Shown here: one piece after another, positions 44,631 through 59,712 of the stretch | Layout: every line of letters starts with the position of its first letter | Numbering within the stretch: position 1 is the first letter of the stretch | Source of the DNA: Octopus sinensis | Taxonomy: Eukaryota | Direction: 5' to 3' | Assembly: GCF_006345805.1 (NCBI RefSeq) | Contig: NC_043000.1 | Location: forward strand, 112,530,001-112,594,000 | DNA length: 64,000 nt | Notes under the pieces: model-generated | Told to the model about the DNA's origin: nothing | The model's database searches: none | What the model saw: only the letters and a program-made list of their open reading frames with translations | Position numbers and translations under genes: made by a program

Positions 44631-44934
44631 GATAACGAATATCGACGCTCGTCGATTATCTTTCTCTTTCTCATCCTCCTCTTACTTTTCTCTCACCTCC
44701 CTCTGTCTTTCCCTCTCTCCTCCTCCCCTTCCCTCCCGATCTTTCTCTCCCCCTCTCCCTCCTCTCCTCCCGCTCTTTCTCTCCCCTCCCTCTCTCTCAT
44801 CAAGACAGCTTGATATATAAGATACATCTTAAGATGCAGCTTCCAGGATGTGGGCCTCGATGCTGCCCCAAATCAGCTGAAACTATGGAGACATCTTTCC
44901 ATGGTGATGGCCATTTATCTTTTACTTGCTTTTA

Positions 44935-45145
44935 TCTTTTACTTGCTTTTATCTTTTACTTGCTTCAGCCATTAGACTGCGGCCATGCTGGGGCAGTGCC
45001 TTCAAGAATCTTTTAGTCAAACAAATCGACCCCAAGACTTACTTTTTAAGCCTGCTACGTATTCTGTTGGTTTCTTTTGCTGGACTGCTAAGTTACGGGG
45101 ACGCAAGCACACCAAAACCAGTTGTCAAATGGTGATGGAAGACAA

Positions 45146-45220
<75 letters not shown>

Positions 45221-45375
45221 GGGCTTCTTTCAGTTTCCGTCTACCAAATCCACTGAAAAAGTTTTGGTCTGCCCGAGGCTATAGTAGAAGACATTTGCCC
45301 AAGGTGTCACCCAAACAGTGGGACTGAACCCGGAATCATATAGCCGCGAAGCAAACTTCTTATCACACAGCCACA
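44935..45375 (-). mobile_element. SINE, family B, with long internal (CA)n
   Basis: ttcagccattagactgcggccatgctgggg...gggcttctttcagtttccgtctacc...cacacagccac. Confidence 0.85.
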
Positions 45376-46900
45376 TCTGCATCTCCGATACTTTCTATAA
45401 ACAGGGACAACGTTGGTGGCCATGTTACTCCACTTTTACTTCCTCCATTTCAACGCTTTCCATTCGCATTTCTATCGTCCTCTTCAGTTCCACCAAATAC
45501 CCATCCATTTTATTTGATCCATTGGTGGCATCTCACTTTATCTCATCTTCTCTGAAGATGGTGCTGATGTTGTTTAGCTTCAGGCCAGTTCTGATCAAAT
45601 GGATCCAGGATCAAAAGGCTTTCCTGCCGTGACCATCTTTGTGTTTGCTTCGTTTTCCTTATACAGTGTATACAAAAATTTTTCTTGAGCCCTTGGTCTC
45701 ATTGTGCCAATTACCTGATTTCCATGGCTTATAAGTGACCAAAGTCACAACACCTTGCTGAACTGGACGCCAGTCTATTGCAAGGTCCAAAGTAAGTTTT
45801 AAGGGGAGGGAATTTGGTGATTACAGCGACCCCAGCACTTGACTGGTGTGTGTGTTGTCATTAATTTCCTGGTGTGGGTGCATAGTAGGAAGCATCTTTC
45901 CCAACCACATGGTCCTGGGTTCAGTCCCTCTGCATGGAACCTTGGGCAAGTGTCTTAGGTTATAGCCTCGGGCCAACCAAAGTCTTGTGAGTGGATTTGG
46001 TAGGCAGAAACTGAAAGAAGCCCATTTTATTGATCTCAAACTCATGAAAGGCAAAGTTGACCTCGGTGGGGTTTGAACGCAGAACGTAAAGAGCCGAAAG
46101 AAATGCTTGAAATATCCCGAATGGAATACTTTTGGGATCCATCCTTCCGCCCATTTTTGTTTTCAGTCTTTTGCTTCCAGAACATTTCCACATCTCCACG
46201 AAATACACAGTCGACCTCATTACACCATACAGATGACATCACAATCACATCGATCATTAATTCTCCAGGCGATGCTACACAATGATTCCAGGTCCACATT
46301 TATCCCCAAGAAACCCGAAAAGTCTGATTCCACCACAACGAATCCAGTGTTTCCCTCCTTATTAACCAAAACAAGAACTACATCATAAAGTATCAGATAC
46401 TACAAAACATCACATTTAATAAACGGTGCAGAGATATCCTGAGAACAATCACAAGACCCACATTCAGCCAACAGAAATAAGTGACAATGAATAGAAACCG
46501 GCGCACTAAACATCGTAACAGATTGAATATAAGAGACCACATGCACAGACCCGATACACTGGCTACCTACACCGACCGCTGCATACACTGACCACTGCGT
46601 ACAATGACTAGTTACACAACGATACCAAAATGCAAACAAATAAGAGAACCACTTGGTCATGCAACGGATACATTTTACGCTACAACTCACACAGTTCCTG
46701 CCACTACATAAAAAAAGACAACATTTTCAAACACCTACACATATGGTCAACACTGAACTGCAGTTTTATAACATAGTAAAATAACTCATTAGCTCCTACT
46801 CAGGTGAGATAAATACTATAAAAAAACAAACAAGCAATCTTGGAGTAAACTTATCTGTCGAAATCTTTGAGCTCAGATGATAATGTTCACAGATCATATA

Positions 46901-47358
46901 CCGTAAATCCTCGAGTATAATCCGCATTTCCCCCCAAAATTTAAAGGTCAAAATCCCTAGTGCGTACTATATACGAGGTTAGAAATGAAAAAATTTTCTA
47001 AGCAATGTCCGAGTCTCTATTTGCTGTCGGCAATGTTTATTCAGACGCATTTTGTGATGTCGGGCGCGAAATACCCTAAGCTAAGCCTGAAAGCAATGAA
47101 GTCATAAAAGAATCATCATAACTGCGTAAGCAACATTATTAAAATAAAAGTATTCAGAACACAGAATAACATATAACAAAAACAATTTGCAAACATATTT
47201 ACTTTCCCATATAACAGTTAAGAACATCACCATTATTGTATTACGCATGCGCGGAAGTATTTGTTCGACTAGGTGCTGCTGGCTTAATTACACACGACTC
47301 AAGTTAGAGAAGAGGTGCGTATTATACACAAGGGCGGACTATACTCGAGGATTTACGG
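46901..47358. mobile_element. Tc2/pogo-type MITE
   Basis: 25-bp TIR ccgtaaatcctcgagtata(a/g)tccgc; TA TSD at 46899-46900 and 47359-47360. Confidence 0.9.
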
Positions 47359-47369
47359 TAATTGTGACA

Positions 47370-47550
47370 AAGGCGGCGAACTGGCAGAGACTCGTTAGAA
47401 CGCTGGGTAAAATCTTTTGCAATATATCGTCCGTCCTTTACGTTCTAAGTTCGAAGTCCTCCGAGGTCGACTTCGCCTTTCATTCTTTCGGGATCAATAA
47501 AAATAAGTACCATTTGAACAGAGGGATCGATGTAATCGACTTAGCCCTTA
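47370..47550 (+). mobile_element. SINE, family A
   Basis: ggcggcgaactggcaga...gaggtcgacttcgcctttcattc...aagtacc. Confidence 0.8.
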
Positions 47551-47637
47551 CTGGGGAAAATTTCAGTAACGCTTGCTAATTCATCAAAAATATAACTTTA
47601 TCCAATTTTTCGTTTGGTCGTTGTGATTAATGTTCCT

Positions 47638-48050
47638 GGCGTGGGTGTGTGGTAGGAAGCATCTTTCCCAACCACATGGTCCTGGGTTCAGTCCCTCTGC
47701 GTGGAACATTAGGCAAGTGTCTTCTACTATAGCCTCAGGCCAACCAAAGCCTTGTGAGTGGATTTGGTAGACAGAAACTGAAAGAAGCCCATCGCGTATG
47801 TATGTATGTATATATATATATGTGTGTGTGTGTATTTATATGGGTGTCTGTGCTTGTTTCCCTCCCTCCCATCGCTTGACAACCGATGTTGGTGTATTTA
47901 CATCCCCACAATTTAGCGTTTCGGCAGAAGAGACCGATAGAATAAGCTCCAGGCTTACAAAGAATAAGGCCAGGGGTCGATTTCTTCGACTAAAAGGCGG
48001 TGCTCCAGCATGGCTACATTCAAATGACTGAAACAAGTAAAAGAATAAAA
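47638..48050 (+). mobile_element. SINE, family B, full length
   Basis: ggcgtgggtgtgtggtagg...gggttcagtccc...ggcaagtgtcttctactatagcc...gactgaaacaagtaaaag. Confidence 0.9.
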
Positions 48051-49001
48051 GAAGTTGGTTGAATAAAAATACTATTCTTCTCAGCACTAAAATATTTCAG
48101 AACCAAAACTTGTGATACCAAATGGATCCAACACCGAATTGGCGGGGCCAAATAGGCCGTGCCACAACGTCTCTAACCCTTAGCTTTTGCTTGACGAATG
48201 AAATTTAATTTTTATTGTGAAAGTTGAACCACGGAAAATTATTTTTCATCGAACTGCTGTTCTTGTTAGGGGTGGTGTTACAAGCAATCACCGACCAGCA
48301 GCACAAGACCTAACTTTGAAACAAGCGGCTACTTTATTATTTGTTTTTCCAAATAGGTAAAGTCACAATGAAAACAAAAACAACGAAACAGAAGGGAAAT
48401 TTTTACGAAACAAATGTGAAGATCGGAATAAAGGGATTTTTTAAAAAACTCAAATAAAACAGACGACAACGAAGTCATGTCAAAGTCACGTGAAATACCA
48501 CAACAGACATTTTATAATAATCTGCTACAATAGAAAAATTGTAACTAAATCAGTTTTTTTCAAAGGTTTATAATGAGATTACTCTTATCTTTTACTTGTT
48601 TCAGTCATTAGACTGCGGCCATGCTGGGGCACAACCTCGAAGGATTTTTAGTAGGATGAATCGACTCCAGGACTGTTTTTTTAAAAAGCGAAATACTTAT
48701 TTTTCAGCGACGGAAATAAACCAATACGGGTTGTCAAGCGGTAGTAGAACACGAACACCACACAACACACACACACACCACACACACACACATCCACACA
48801 CCACAACACACACCACACACACACACACACACACCACACACACACAAACAACACACACACACAAACACACACAAACACACACACACACACACACACACAG
48901 GGTGTCCTAAAAGAACTGATGGGTCTCAGTTTTTAATAACTTCCTTAACTTACATTAAATGCATGAAATTTTGATACAATATAAAGGACATAATGCAAAT
49001 T

Positions 49002-49101
49002 NNNNNNNNNNNNNNNNNNNNNNNNNNNNNNNNNNNNNNNNNNNNNNNNNNNNNNNNNNNNNNNNNNNNNNNNNNNNNNNNNNNNNNNNNNNNNNNNNNN
49101 N
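49002..49101. other. Assembly gap (100 N)
   Basis: Run of exactly 100 N, likely an unsized gap. Confidence 0.99.
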
Positions 49102-49175
49102 CCGACCGACCGACGATATATATATATACATACATGCATTTATACATTCATATATACGCATATATATAATTTTAG

Positions 49176-49223
49176 ATAGATCGATAGATAGATAGATAGA
49201 CATAGAAAGATAGATAGATAGAC

Positions 49224-49269
<46 letters not shown>

Positions 49270-49400
49270 GGACAGATAGATAGATAGATGGATGGATGGA
49301 TAGATAGACAGACAGACAGATAGCTAGCTAGATGGATAGACAGAAAAATAGACGGATAGATAGATACATGGATAGGAACATACAGAGATCGACAGATAGA
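49176..49400. repeat. (GATA)n/(GACA)n compound microsatellite
   Basis: Visible tetramer array. Confidence 0.95.
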
Positions 49401-50333
49401 TAGTTTGTGACTTGGTAGAGTTGTTAGAACGTCGGTTAGTATACCACGCAGTATTTATGCGAACCACTGCGCTCCGAGTTCAGTTCCTGCGCACGTCAAC
49501 TTCGCCTTTCATATTTTCGGGGTCGATAAAGGTGGCGGGGATTGGTGATATTGTAAGAAGGCCGAAGCGGATGCTTTCTGGTGTCTGTGTTCGACTCTTT
49601 GTGTTTCTGCTTTCAAATCCCGGCATGGCCTTCAAGTGTTGTTGACTTAACCCTGGGAACAGACGAAGCCCACTCTGTTGCAGTGAATAGGGGCCAGAAT
49701 TCCAGTCTGAGGGTGCAGGCCCCGCTCCTCATCACTTCCTATTAGTTTCAGAAGCCCTTGAAGGCTTAGGGCATACTGCCTTCCCCCATGTTTAACTGTA
49801 CGTATGCATGCGAATATGTAAATGTGTGTGTGTGTGTGTGTGTATCCACTTATGTGCAAATGAGCCGAGATGTAACTAGCGGTGGACATATGTATCTCGT
49901 TGTGACACACACACACATGTACACACACACACCACACACATATATATCACGTCAGTAAATCATAAATCCGAGGAACCGGCCATAACTATCTTTCTCTAAA
50001 TATATATATCGTTGCTATAATGTTAAACTGTGGCATGTCCTAATTTGGCCAGATTCGTTTTTTTTTTTTTCAATACTTATTTTCGCTTGCAAAAGCCGGG
50101 TCTGTTGATCAAACTATCATTTCTCCAGCTTCTTCTGATGCCAAGATATCAAAAATTGTCAAAGTGTAATACATCAGTTTTGCTACGGAATGGTGAAACT
50201 CTTTTTCGTTTTCTGAAAGAGCAACGTTTTGTACTTACGACACTTTTGCATTACAGCAACGATATATATATATATATATATATATATTCGGTATGTGGTA
50301 AGGCAATTCGTTGCTAAACCCTTTATTGCTTAG

Positions 50334-50365
<32 letters not shown>

Positions 50366-50473
50366 GGTTATGGACAATGTGTCCAATTTTCGGCATATTT
50401 GGCATTAGAAATTTTTTCGTTTGCCCTTATTTATAAGTTGTATATATATATATATATATTTATATCTTTTTTA

Positions 50474-50775
50474 CGTGCAAGCGACTGAGCACTCCACAGA
50501 CACGTGTACCCTTAACGTAGTTCAGTTCTTGGGGAGATTCAACATGACACAGAGTGTGATAAGGCCTGGCCCTTTGAAATACAGGTACAACAGAAACAGG
50601 AAGAAACAGTGAGAGAAAGTTGTGGTGTAAGAGTACAGCAGGGTCCCCCACCCTCGATCGGAGCCTCGTGGAGCTTTAGGTGTTTTCGCTCAATAAACAC
50701 TCACAACGCCCAGACGGGGAATCGAAGCTGCGATCCAGGACCACGAATTTGCTGCCCTAACCACTGGGGCCAATG
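50474..50775 (-). mobile_element. SINE, family D
   Basis: Matches 34380-34688. Confidence 0.85.
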
Positions 50776-51104
50776 CACCTCCTATATATATATATTATAT
50801 ATATATATATAATATATATATATAATATATATATATAATACAATATATACACATAATACACACACATACACACGTGTGTGTGCATACACTCCAGCACACA
50901 TGCATATATATAGGTATGTGTCTATATGAACAAATACTGATATATACACATGCGAAACTCTCCATTTTTAATTAGTTGTTGAATTCTTGAAATATCTTAA
51001 ATAAATGATACTTTGTGGAGATGAGACCAGATGTAATTAGTGGTGGCCATGGATGGCTCATTATGACACACACACACACACATAAATACACGCACCTACT
51101 CACA

Positions 51105-51674
<570 letters not shown>

Positions 51675-52049
51675 TTGTATGTATGTATGTATAATGTGTA
51701 TGTATGTCTGTGTATGTGTATATACACTCACATACACATTAATGTGTGTGAATGTGTATTGTGCGTATGTATATTAGGTGTGTTGTAATACCCGTCATCT
51801 GTCCCCCTCCCTCTCCACCCCTCCCGCTCCCCCCACCGTGTCCCATTTACCAAGTGTCGGTGTTTTTTAGTGGAGCAGATTACATTATTATTATTATTTA
51901 TTATAGAAAAATCTATTTTCACGCTCTCTGACGACATCTCCACCCGACCGGAATTTCTAGAAGTTATGTAAAAAACGATTGTTTATCTGACACGAAATTG
52001 ACCGACGCGAACGAATTCAAACATATAAATCTTCGGCAGCACGACACTA

Positions 52050-52059
52050 ACTACTACTA

Positions 52060-52091
<32 letters not shown>

Positions 52092-52116
52092 ACTGCTGCT
52101 GCTGCTGCTGCTGCTG

Positions 52117-52149
<33 letters not shown>
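52050..52149. repeat. (CTA)n(CTG)n(CTA)n compound trinucleotide repeat
   Basis: Visible. Confidence 0.95.
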
Positions 52150-52544
52150 AGAAGTTTATAAGCTGTTATCTCTTTGTACAGTTAACGAGCGTACTCAGTT
52201 GCCGATGATGTCCCAACACAGGAATGAAACCAGCTGGGTTGATTTTCTTCCTCTTTATTTCCCCTGCGACTAATTGTCGTTCATTGTTACGGCTAAAATC
52301 TATAGATATGTTTTGTTGTACGGCATAGTCTTAAAACATAGCACTTCTAACGCCTCATTAACACTCACGCATTCTCGCACACACACACACGACTGGCTTC
52401 TTTCAGTTTCCGTCTATCAAACGTATTCATAAGGCTTTGGTCAGCCCGAAAACACTTTCCGAAGGTGCCACGCAGTGGGAATGAACCCGGAACCATGAGG
52501 TCGGTAAGCAAGCTACTCACTACACAGCCACTCCTGCGCCTGAA

Positions 52545-52662
52545 ATTTTGAATTTAGTTCACGGACCCCCAATACTATCTTTGCGGACCACCAAGGGTCC
52601 GCGGAAGACCAGGGGTCCTGGGAACACCAGAGGTCCGTAGACCATAGGTTGGGAACCACTGC
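52545..52662 (+). mobile_element. hAT MITE 3' portion
   Basis: Ends gaccataggttgggaaccactg, a Charlie-like TIR. Confidence 0.6.
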
Positions 52663-53109
52663 ATCATCTCATGGCTCCGAGATTTCCATGATATGATTTG
52701 TTTATTTTTAGAATGCTGTTGTTGGGTTTGACCACAGGACAGGTCAAATATTTTGGCCGGATTTGACCAGTTTAAATGTTGAGGGATGAAATAAGTTTCG
52801 TCACTGTTTTAAATAAATGCGACCCCTTCTATTATCAATACATACTGACTTGTCAGAAAAATTCGTTCATCCTTTTTTTCTTTTTCTTGGCACCTCATCG
52901 TTGTCGCATTTCTGATAAGAGGCAAAGTTTATTCAAATTTCAAAAAAAAAAAAAAGGAACAAAAAAAAAGTTGTTGTGGATGAATAGAGCTACGAAAACA
53001 ACATAAACACACAATAAAAACATTTTTCTTGTTAATTCAAATAACAGTGAAAGGGATTGAAATGAAAAGAAAAGAATTTCACAGATACACACACATTTTT
53101 TAAAAATTC

Positions 53110-53565
53110 TTTTACTTGTTGCAGTCATTTTGAGTGCGGCCATGCTGGAGCAACGCCTTTAGTTGAAAAAATCGAGCCCAGGACTTATTGTTTGTAAGCC
53201 TAGTACTCATTCTTTCGACCTCTTTTGTCGAGCCGTTAAGTGACGGGGACGTAAACACACCACCATCGGTTGTCAAGCGATGGCGTGGGGGTGGGGTGGG
53301 GTGAGGACAAAGACAGACACACAAATACACTTGCATGCACACACACACCACACACACACACACACGCACACACACATATACACACATATACATATATATA
53401 TAATTTACATACGACGGGCTTCTTTCAGTTTCCGTTTACCAAATCCACTTACAAAGCTTTAGTCGGCCCGGGGATATAGTAGAAGACACTTGCCATGGTA
53501 CCACGCAGTGGGACTGAAACTGGAACCATGGTTTTGTGAAGCAAGCTTCTTACCATACACCCACC
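53110..53565 (-). mobile_element. SINE, family B
   Basis: Full reverse-complement copy. Confidence 0.85.
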
Positions 53566-54494
53566 CCTATGCATGTATATATATATATATATATTATATA
53601 TATTATATATATATATATAATATATGCATACATACTTGCTTACATACATACATACACCCACACACACACACACACACACACAACATATATATAATATATA
53701 TGTATATATATATATATACATGCATACATACATTTACATACATACACACACACATATAAATACTTTATTAAAAAGCAGCAAAAATATCACAAGAACTATT
53801 ACTCAAAGTGATATTTTTGCTGCTTTTAAATAAAGTATATTACTCTACCTCTGGTATTTGAGTACTATTCCCCACCCATGTTTTACATCTATGTGCTTAC
53901 TCTACTATATATGTACATACGCACACACACACACACACACACAACATATATATATAATATTACCGTGATTACCTTGACCGACCAGGCTATCAGATGTTGC
54001 TACACATCGCTGGTCACAATGCGCTTCGCATTTTTTTAGCCTTCGAATGACGCCACCCCGCTGGCTAAGCGAGCAGGCCACACACACACACACACACACA
54101 CATATGTATGTATAAGAAACGAACGAATTTATCTGACAACCTGTTTGAAATACGTTCAACATCTTGACAGTTATTGTAATATATTTATGCTTCTGAGTTG
54201 AGGCGAGAGGAATTCTATTTATCTTAGGCCATTGTGTTTATGTGATGTGACTATAATCGCATGTTGAGCTACAACAATCGTTTCATTCTCCTTTCACGAG
54301 GCATACATATCTTTCTATGAATTACGTTCAGTCCGGTCTGTTAGCCAGGACCAGGCCACCGTGTAACATGGATGTCAGATGAATTACCAAAGCATACATC
54401 CTTTGCACCCAGCTTTTCAGTTTTGTTTGTTGTTTGTTTATTTCTTGTGTAATGCTTTCTGCTAAATGCAGAAGGCTTGAAATTTTTTATAGGA

Positions 54495-54665
54495 GCGGTA
54501 AATCGAGTACATCGACCTCAGTGCTCAACTGGTACTTATTTTATCGACCCCGAAAGGCTGAAAGGTAAAGTCGACCTCGGCGGGATTTGAACCGAGAACG
54601 TAGCGACGGGCGAAGTGCCGTTGAGCATTTCGCTCGGCGCGCTACCGATTCTGCCAGCGTGCCGC
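54495..54665 (-). mobile_element. SINE, family A
   Basis: ctggtacttattttatcgaccccgaaagg...gattctgccagc. Confidence 0.85.
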
Positions 54666-55044
54666 CTCCTTTGTTATATATTGACGTTGTGTATTGTATA
54701 TGCATCTTTTGCGGGTTTCAGTCATTGGACTGCGGCCATGCTGGGGCACCGACTTGGAGGGTTTTAATTGAACAAATCGACCTCATTACACAGTTTAAAA
54801 GTTTGATACATACTCTATCGGTCTCTTTGCCGAATCGCTAAGATAAGGGAACATAAACAAACAAATACCGGTTGTCAAGTGGCATTTCATTACCTTGTTA
54901 CATACAAAAACACACATGCAGAAATGCATATATATATATATATATATATACGCGCGACCACACACACATGCACACATACATACACACAAAAACACACATA
55001 TATACACACACGCATACACATTTTTAAAAATTTCGTTGCTTGTT

Positions 55045-55385
55045 TCATTCCTTAGACTGTGGCCATGCTGGGGCATCGCCTTGAATTGTTTATAGTGAAC
55101 GAATCGACCCTAATAATAATTTTATTGTATCAGTCTTTTTTGCTGAACTGTTTAACAGGGGACGTAAACATACCAACACAGGTTGTCAAATGGTAGTGGG
55201 AGACAGACACAGACACAAAGACCCACATGCACACTCATATATATCCATATATATACGATGGGCTTCCACACAGTTTTCGGCAACCAAATTCACCCACATG
55301 GTATTGGTCGGCTTAGGTCTATAGTAGAAGACACTTGGCCAAGGTGCCGCGCTGTAGAATTGAACCCGACACTACCAGGTTGCAA
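55045..55385 (-). mobile_element. SINE, family B (another partial copy at ~54715-54890)
   Basis: gactgtggccatgctgggg...gtagaagacacttggccaaggtgcc. Confidence 0.8.
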
Positions 55386-56332
55386 AGCGATCTGCTGGTC
55401 GTTGTATTTTGGTTTTCGTTCTTGTTGGTAGGTGCAGTAAAGTCTAATGGGGTTAAGGAGCCTGCTTCGTAACCGCGAGGTCTTGGGTTCATTCCCATTC
55501 CATGGCGTTTTGAGCAAATGTCTTTTCTGATATAATCTAAGGTCGACCCATACCTTGTTAGTAATATTAAGAAGACGGAGTTGTACAGAATCCCGCCGGG
55601 CTGATTGTCGCTGTATTTCATAAGGTAGAGCTTTGTCGCACACGCTGAGTCATGCAGATTGTGTCCGAGGATTACGGGTACGTGTGTCTGTGGAATACGC
55701 AGCCACTTGTACGTTCAGTCAGGAGTTGATAATTCGATTGATGGTACGATTAAATCCTCATTGTTAAGCGACGGAGATCCACTATCACCACTGCTGCCAC
55801 CATCATCATCACCACCACCACACTATATATATATATATATATATACAATGAACGAGCTATAAACAATCTCCAAACATTGAAGAAATGGTTCTTGCAGGAA
55901 TTCTGGAACCAATCCCAGCGGTTTCTTACTCTCTTTAGTCAGTTTTGTTATCGATCTTAAATTTACCAACTTGCAAGTAAATCTAGGAATTTTCCTCTTC
56001 ACCAATTTCCTTCCTTACGTTCTTGCAGTAATCAATCGCGTCAAATATTTGTGTCAAATTACTGTTCAGGTTTTCAGGAAGCGGATTATATTCCTTCCAT
56101 ACTCTATCTCTCGAGAATGATTCCTCTGGAATTTCCAAGTCTTGAACAGAGGAAAGTATCGTTTTTTCCACCGCGAATGATGTCAGATCAAAACGAGGCT
56201 TGTTGACAATTTTATATTTTGAAGTTTACTCCAAGATGGCGATAGCTGAAGTGAGGAATTCTCAGAGAGGGAAATACGAACACATTCTTATAACTTTGTA
56301 CTGCTACTTTCAGCTGATCAAATTAAAAGAGA

Positions 56333-56530
56333 TGTATGTATGTATGTATGTATGTATGTATGTATGTATGTATGTATGTATGTATGTATGTATGTATGTA
56401 TTATGTATGTATGTATTATGTATGTATGTATGTATGTGTGTATATATATGTATGTATGTATTTATGTATGTAGGTAGGTATATGTGTATGTTTGTGTGTA
56501 TGTATATATGTATGTATGCATGTATGCATG
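56333..56530. repeat. (TATG)n microsatellite
   Basis: Visible tetramer array. Confidence 0.95.
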
Positions 56531-56654
56531 TCTGTCTGTTTCTCTTCTGTTTTTAGTTATTGAAATTCTTTCTCCGAAGAAAGAGTTGGTTTTTAACAAT
56601 TACACAAAACCCCATCTTTAGAATGTAGGTAACAATAACAATGTCGCATTTTAA

Positions 56655-56925
56655 ACCTATGAAAAGACTTGCATAGTTTTACTGTTCCGCTTACGGGTTG
56701 TATGCGTAATATGCGCGTCAGTTGGTTGATTTCTTTTTCTGAAAATCCAAGCTTATCCAGACGGACAGTTAGGCATTTACTTACAAACTAAGTGCTCTAA
56801 TTAGTATTGGTATAAATGTAAATTTATAATGTGGATATAGAAACTGGAGGTTTCGAAGCAGTTGTCCATAGCTATCTTCTTTCTCTTTGATTTTCAAAGA
56901 GATATTCACATCAACAGGACAGCCA
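56655..56925 (-). mobile_element. R4-like non-LTR relic, similar to the 29.0-29.6 kb relic
   Basis: CPVDVNISLKIKEKEDSYGQLLRNLQFLYPHYKFTFIPILIRAL, then after a frameshift LDKLGFSEKEINQL...VSGTVKLCKSF. Confidence 0.75.
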
Positions 56926-57090
56926 GGTCCGTCGCTAAGCCCTTGCAACTCCTGCGGTCGCAAGGGACCTCTGCAGCTGAAGGGCCCCTTGTTAAGATCA
57001 AAGTACGTAGATGAGTTGTGTAATTACTTTGGTTAAGATGTTGAAAAAGAATTAAACTATGTTAAATGAAAACCTCGAGAAATAAAACGG

Positions 57091-57172
57091 TATTACATTG
57101 TACCTGAAAAAGTTCTTGTAAAGATATTACATTGTACCTGAAAAAGTTCTTGTAAAGATATTACATTGTACC
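57091..57172. repeat. 34-bp tandem repeat, ~2.4 copies
   Basis: tattacattgtacctgaaaaagttcttgtaaaga repeated exactly. Confidence 0.9.
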
Positions 57173-57439
57173 ACAAACGTCCCTACTTAAATAAGATTTG
57201 TGTACTCTGGTCCTTATTACTCACATATCTGGAATTTGTAATAGACCTAAATATATTTCACTTGTACTTCAAACGATGTTCTTTAGGATAACGTGAAATA
57301 TTGAACTTCAAATAGAATGAAGTAAAATATAGCTATGAATAAAAGGTGCATAGATTATGAATTTTCATTGAAGGGATGGGGCCTTGAAGCAAAAAGTTGC
57401 AGGGGCCTGTAAAAGTCACGCGACGCGCCTGAGGACAGC

Positions 57440-57700
57440 TGTTTTGATGGGAATGTTCCACCAGTATTCCCTGTGACGATATTTGTGTAGAAATTCAATA
57501 ACAGTGGAGATTCTCTACAGTTATTCCGAGAGTCTTTTTTTTTTCCGAATGGCGTTACTTATTGTTTTTGCGACAGCGTCATGTCGCATGGGAAGGTGGA
57601 ACATTGATGACATTTTGAAGGCAGCTGCTAATCACGTGTTTGATGTCTTCTACAGAAATAAGACACAACCTACATTTTCAGCTGCACTTTGGAACTCCAA
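57440..57700 (+). mobile_element. Possible DIRS-type tyrosine-recombinase C-terminal relic
   Basis: ATAS...NIDDILKAA...FDVFYR.....FSAAL resembles the ...I..ILKAAGW....F..FY.....F..A.L ending. Confidence 0.4.
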
Positions 57701-57918
57701 GGGCTTCGCTGTATGTATGTATGTATGTATGTATGTATGTATGTATGTATGTATGTATGTATGTATGTATGCATGTATGTATAAGTGTATGTGTGTATAA
57801 GTGTTTGAATGCATATTCGTATATAAATAAATATGTATATGTATATCATACACACACTCATACATGCTCTTACTTATGTATGCATTTAAATTAATCTGTT
57901 AGTGTTTGTGTGTGTGTG

Positions 57919-57949
<31 letters not shown>

Positions 57950-58302
57950 GTTATAGATGTATGTATGTATGTATGGATATATATATATAATATATATATA
58001 TATATTTAGATATGTATATGTGTATATGTTTATAAATACATGTCTGTACAATATATATATATATATATTTGTTAAAATGCGGAAGGCCATTCTACGGGAT
58101 TCCCATAGGTCTCCCGTCCATAAAGGGTTTAGCTCTGAAAAGCCACGGTTTTGGGATCTGATGATACGCCATTAAGCTAAACGATTTATGGACGGGAAAC
58201 CTAAGGTAATCCCATTAACCGGTCTTCCCCATTTTAAATATATAATGCTTTACGTCTTAGAGTGTGCTTCTTTCGAATTTATGTTTTTACAAACGATATA
58301 TA

Positions 58303-58355
<53 letters not shown>

Positions 58356-58663
58356 CATACAATACACAATAATTTAAGATTCAGTTAAAATGACTACTTA
58401 CATTGAGGCACCATTTCCCCCTAAATTCATTGTGCCACAAACATAGCTAAAAGAAATGATGTAATTATTTTAGTTTCCTAGCAAAGATGTAAATTGTGCT
58501 TAAAAAATGGTTTATTCCTGATATTCGAAATCTATATGGTAGTCTACGTCCGAGGAGAGCGGTTTCCTTCAAACTGATGTAATATTTTCATTGGTCGATG
58601 AAATGGAGCCGCTTGGAACGGCTGCAACGCATTAATACGTGGACACATTTGTTACTTATTTGT

Positions 58664-58708
<45 letters not shown>

Positions 58709-58813
58709 GTTATTCATACATATTTACTGGAATGTGTGTGTCAATGACTGCATGTGTGTATGTGAGAATGTACAATCTATGATCTACAAACAATTCTAGA
58801 TGATATATTTAAT

Positions 58814-58866
<53 letters not shown>

Positions 58867-59030
58867 TTAGTAGTAATGAAACAGCAGTTTCTTAAGAAAT
58901 TTTCTATATTCAGTGATCCGTGAGGAAATACACATGAACGTGTGTGTGTGTGTGAGTGTGTGTGTGTGTGCGTGTGTGTGCGTGTGTGTGTGCGTGTCCA
59001 TATTTACATGTATATATGTATCTTTATGTG

Positions 59031-59071
<41 letters not shown>

Positions 59072-59676
59072 CTGCATGCACCCACGCTCTCACACACTCC
59101 TTAATGTACATCTAAGTACCGAATTACACACACATGCGCGCACACGCGCACACGCGCCGCACACACACACACACACACACCGTTATGCCGTGTCGCACGA
59201 TGATGGAAATTCGAACTTTTTAAACACTCCTTTTGAATTTAGCGAAGTCATATCGCTCTCTGTCTCTCTCTCTCTCTCTTTCTATCTGTCACCCACACTC
59301 GTGTCATATATATATATATATATATATATCGAAACATTTGTAGTGATTAAAAAGCTGCCTAACCGTACTTACTTATCCTTTTCACTCTTTTACTTTTTAC
59401 TTTATATATATATATATATTACAAGGTTTGGAGATGATGTACAGCTATTATATATTAGAAGAAATAAGGTACTCAGAAATCTGGATGGTTTTATATTTAC
59501 ACATATTTATTAGTATGCTACATGTTTTTATAAATCATATATTAGCGCTTGCGTCCACTCTAGTGGAGTCTTCAGATTGAATTTTTTCAGATTTTTGTCT
59601 CTTTTTATAGTATTATTGAGTGTGTAGGGGTGGAGAGAGATATGAGATAGTACAAGAGGGTGAGGAATGGGGAGAA

Positions 59677-59712
<36 letters not shown>

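Noticed and set aside
46230-46690. Cys-rich minus-strand ORF and an FLGI-like motif suggesting another retroelement
   Set aside because: Similarity is too weak and fragmentary to assign a family.
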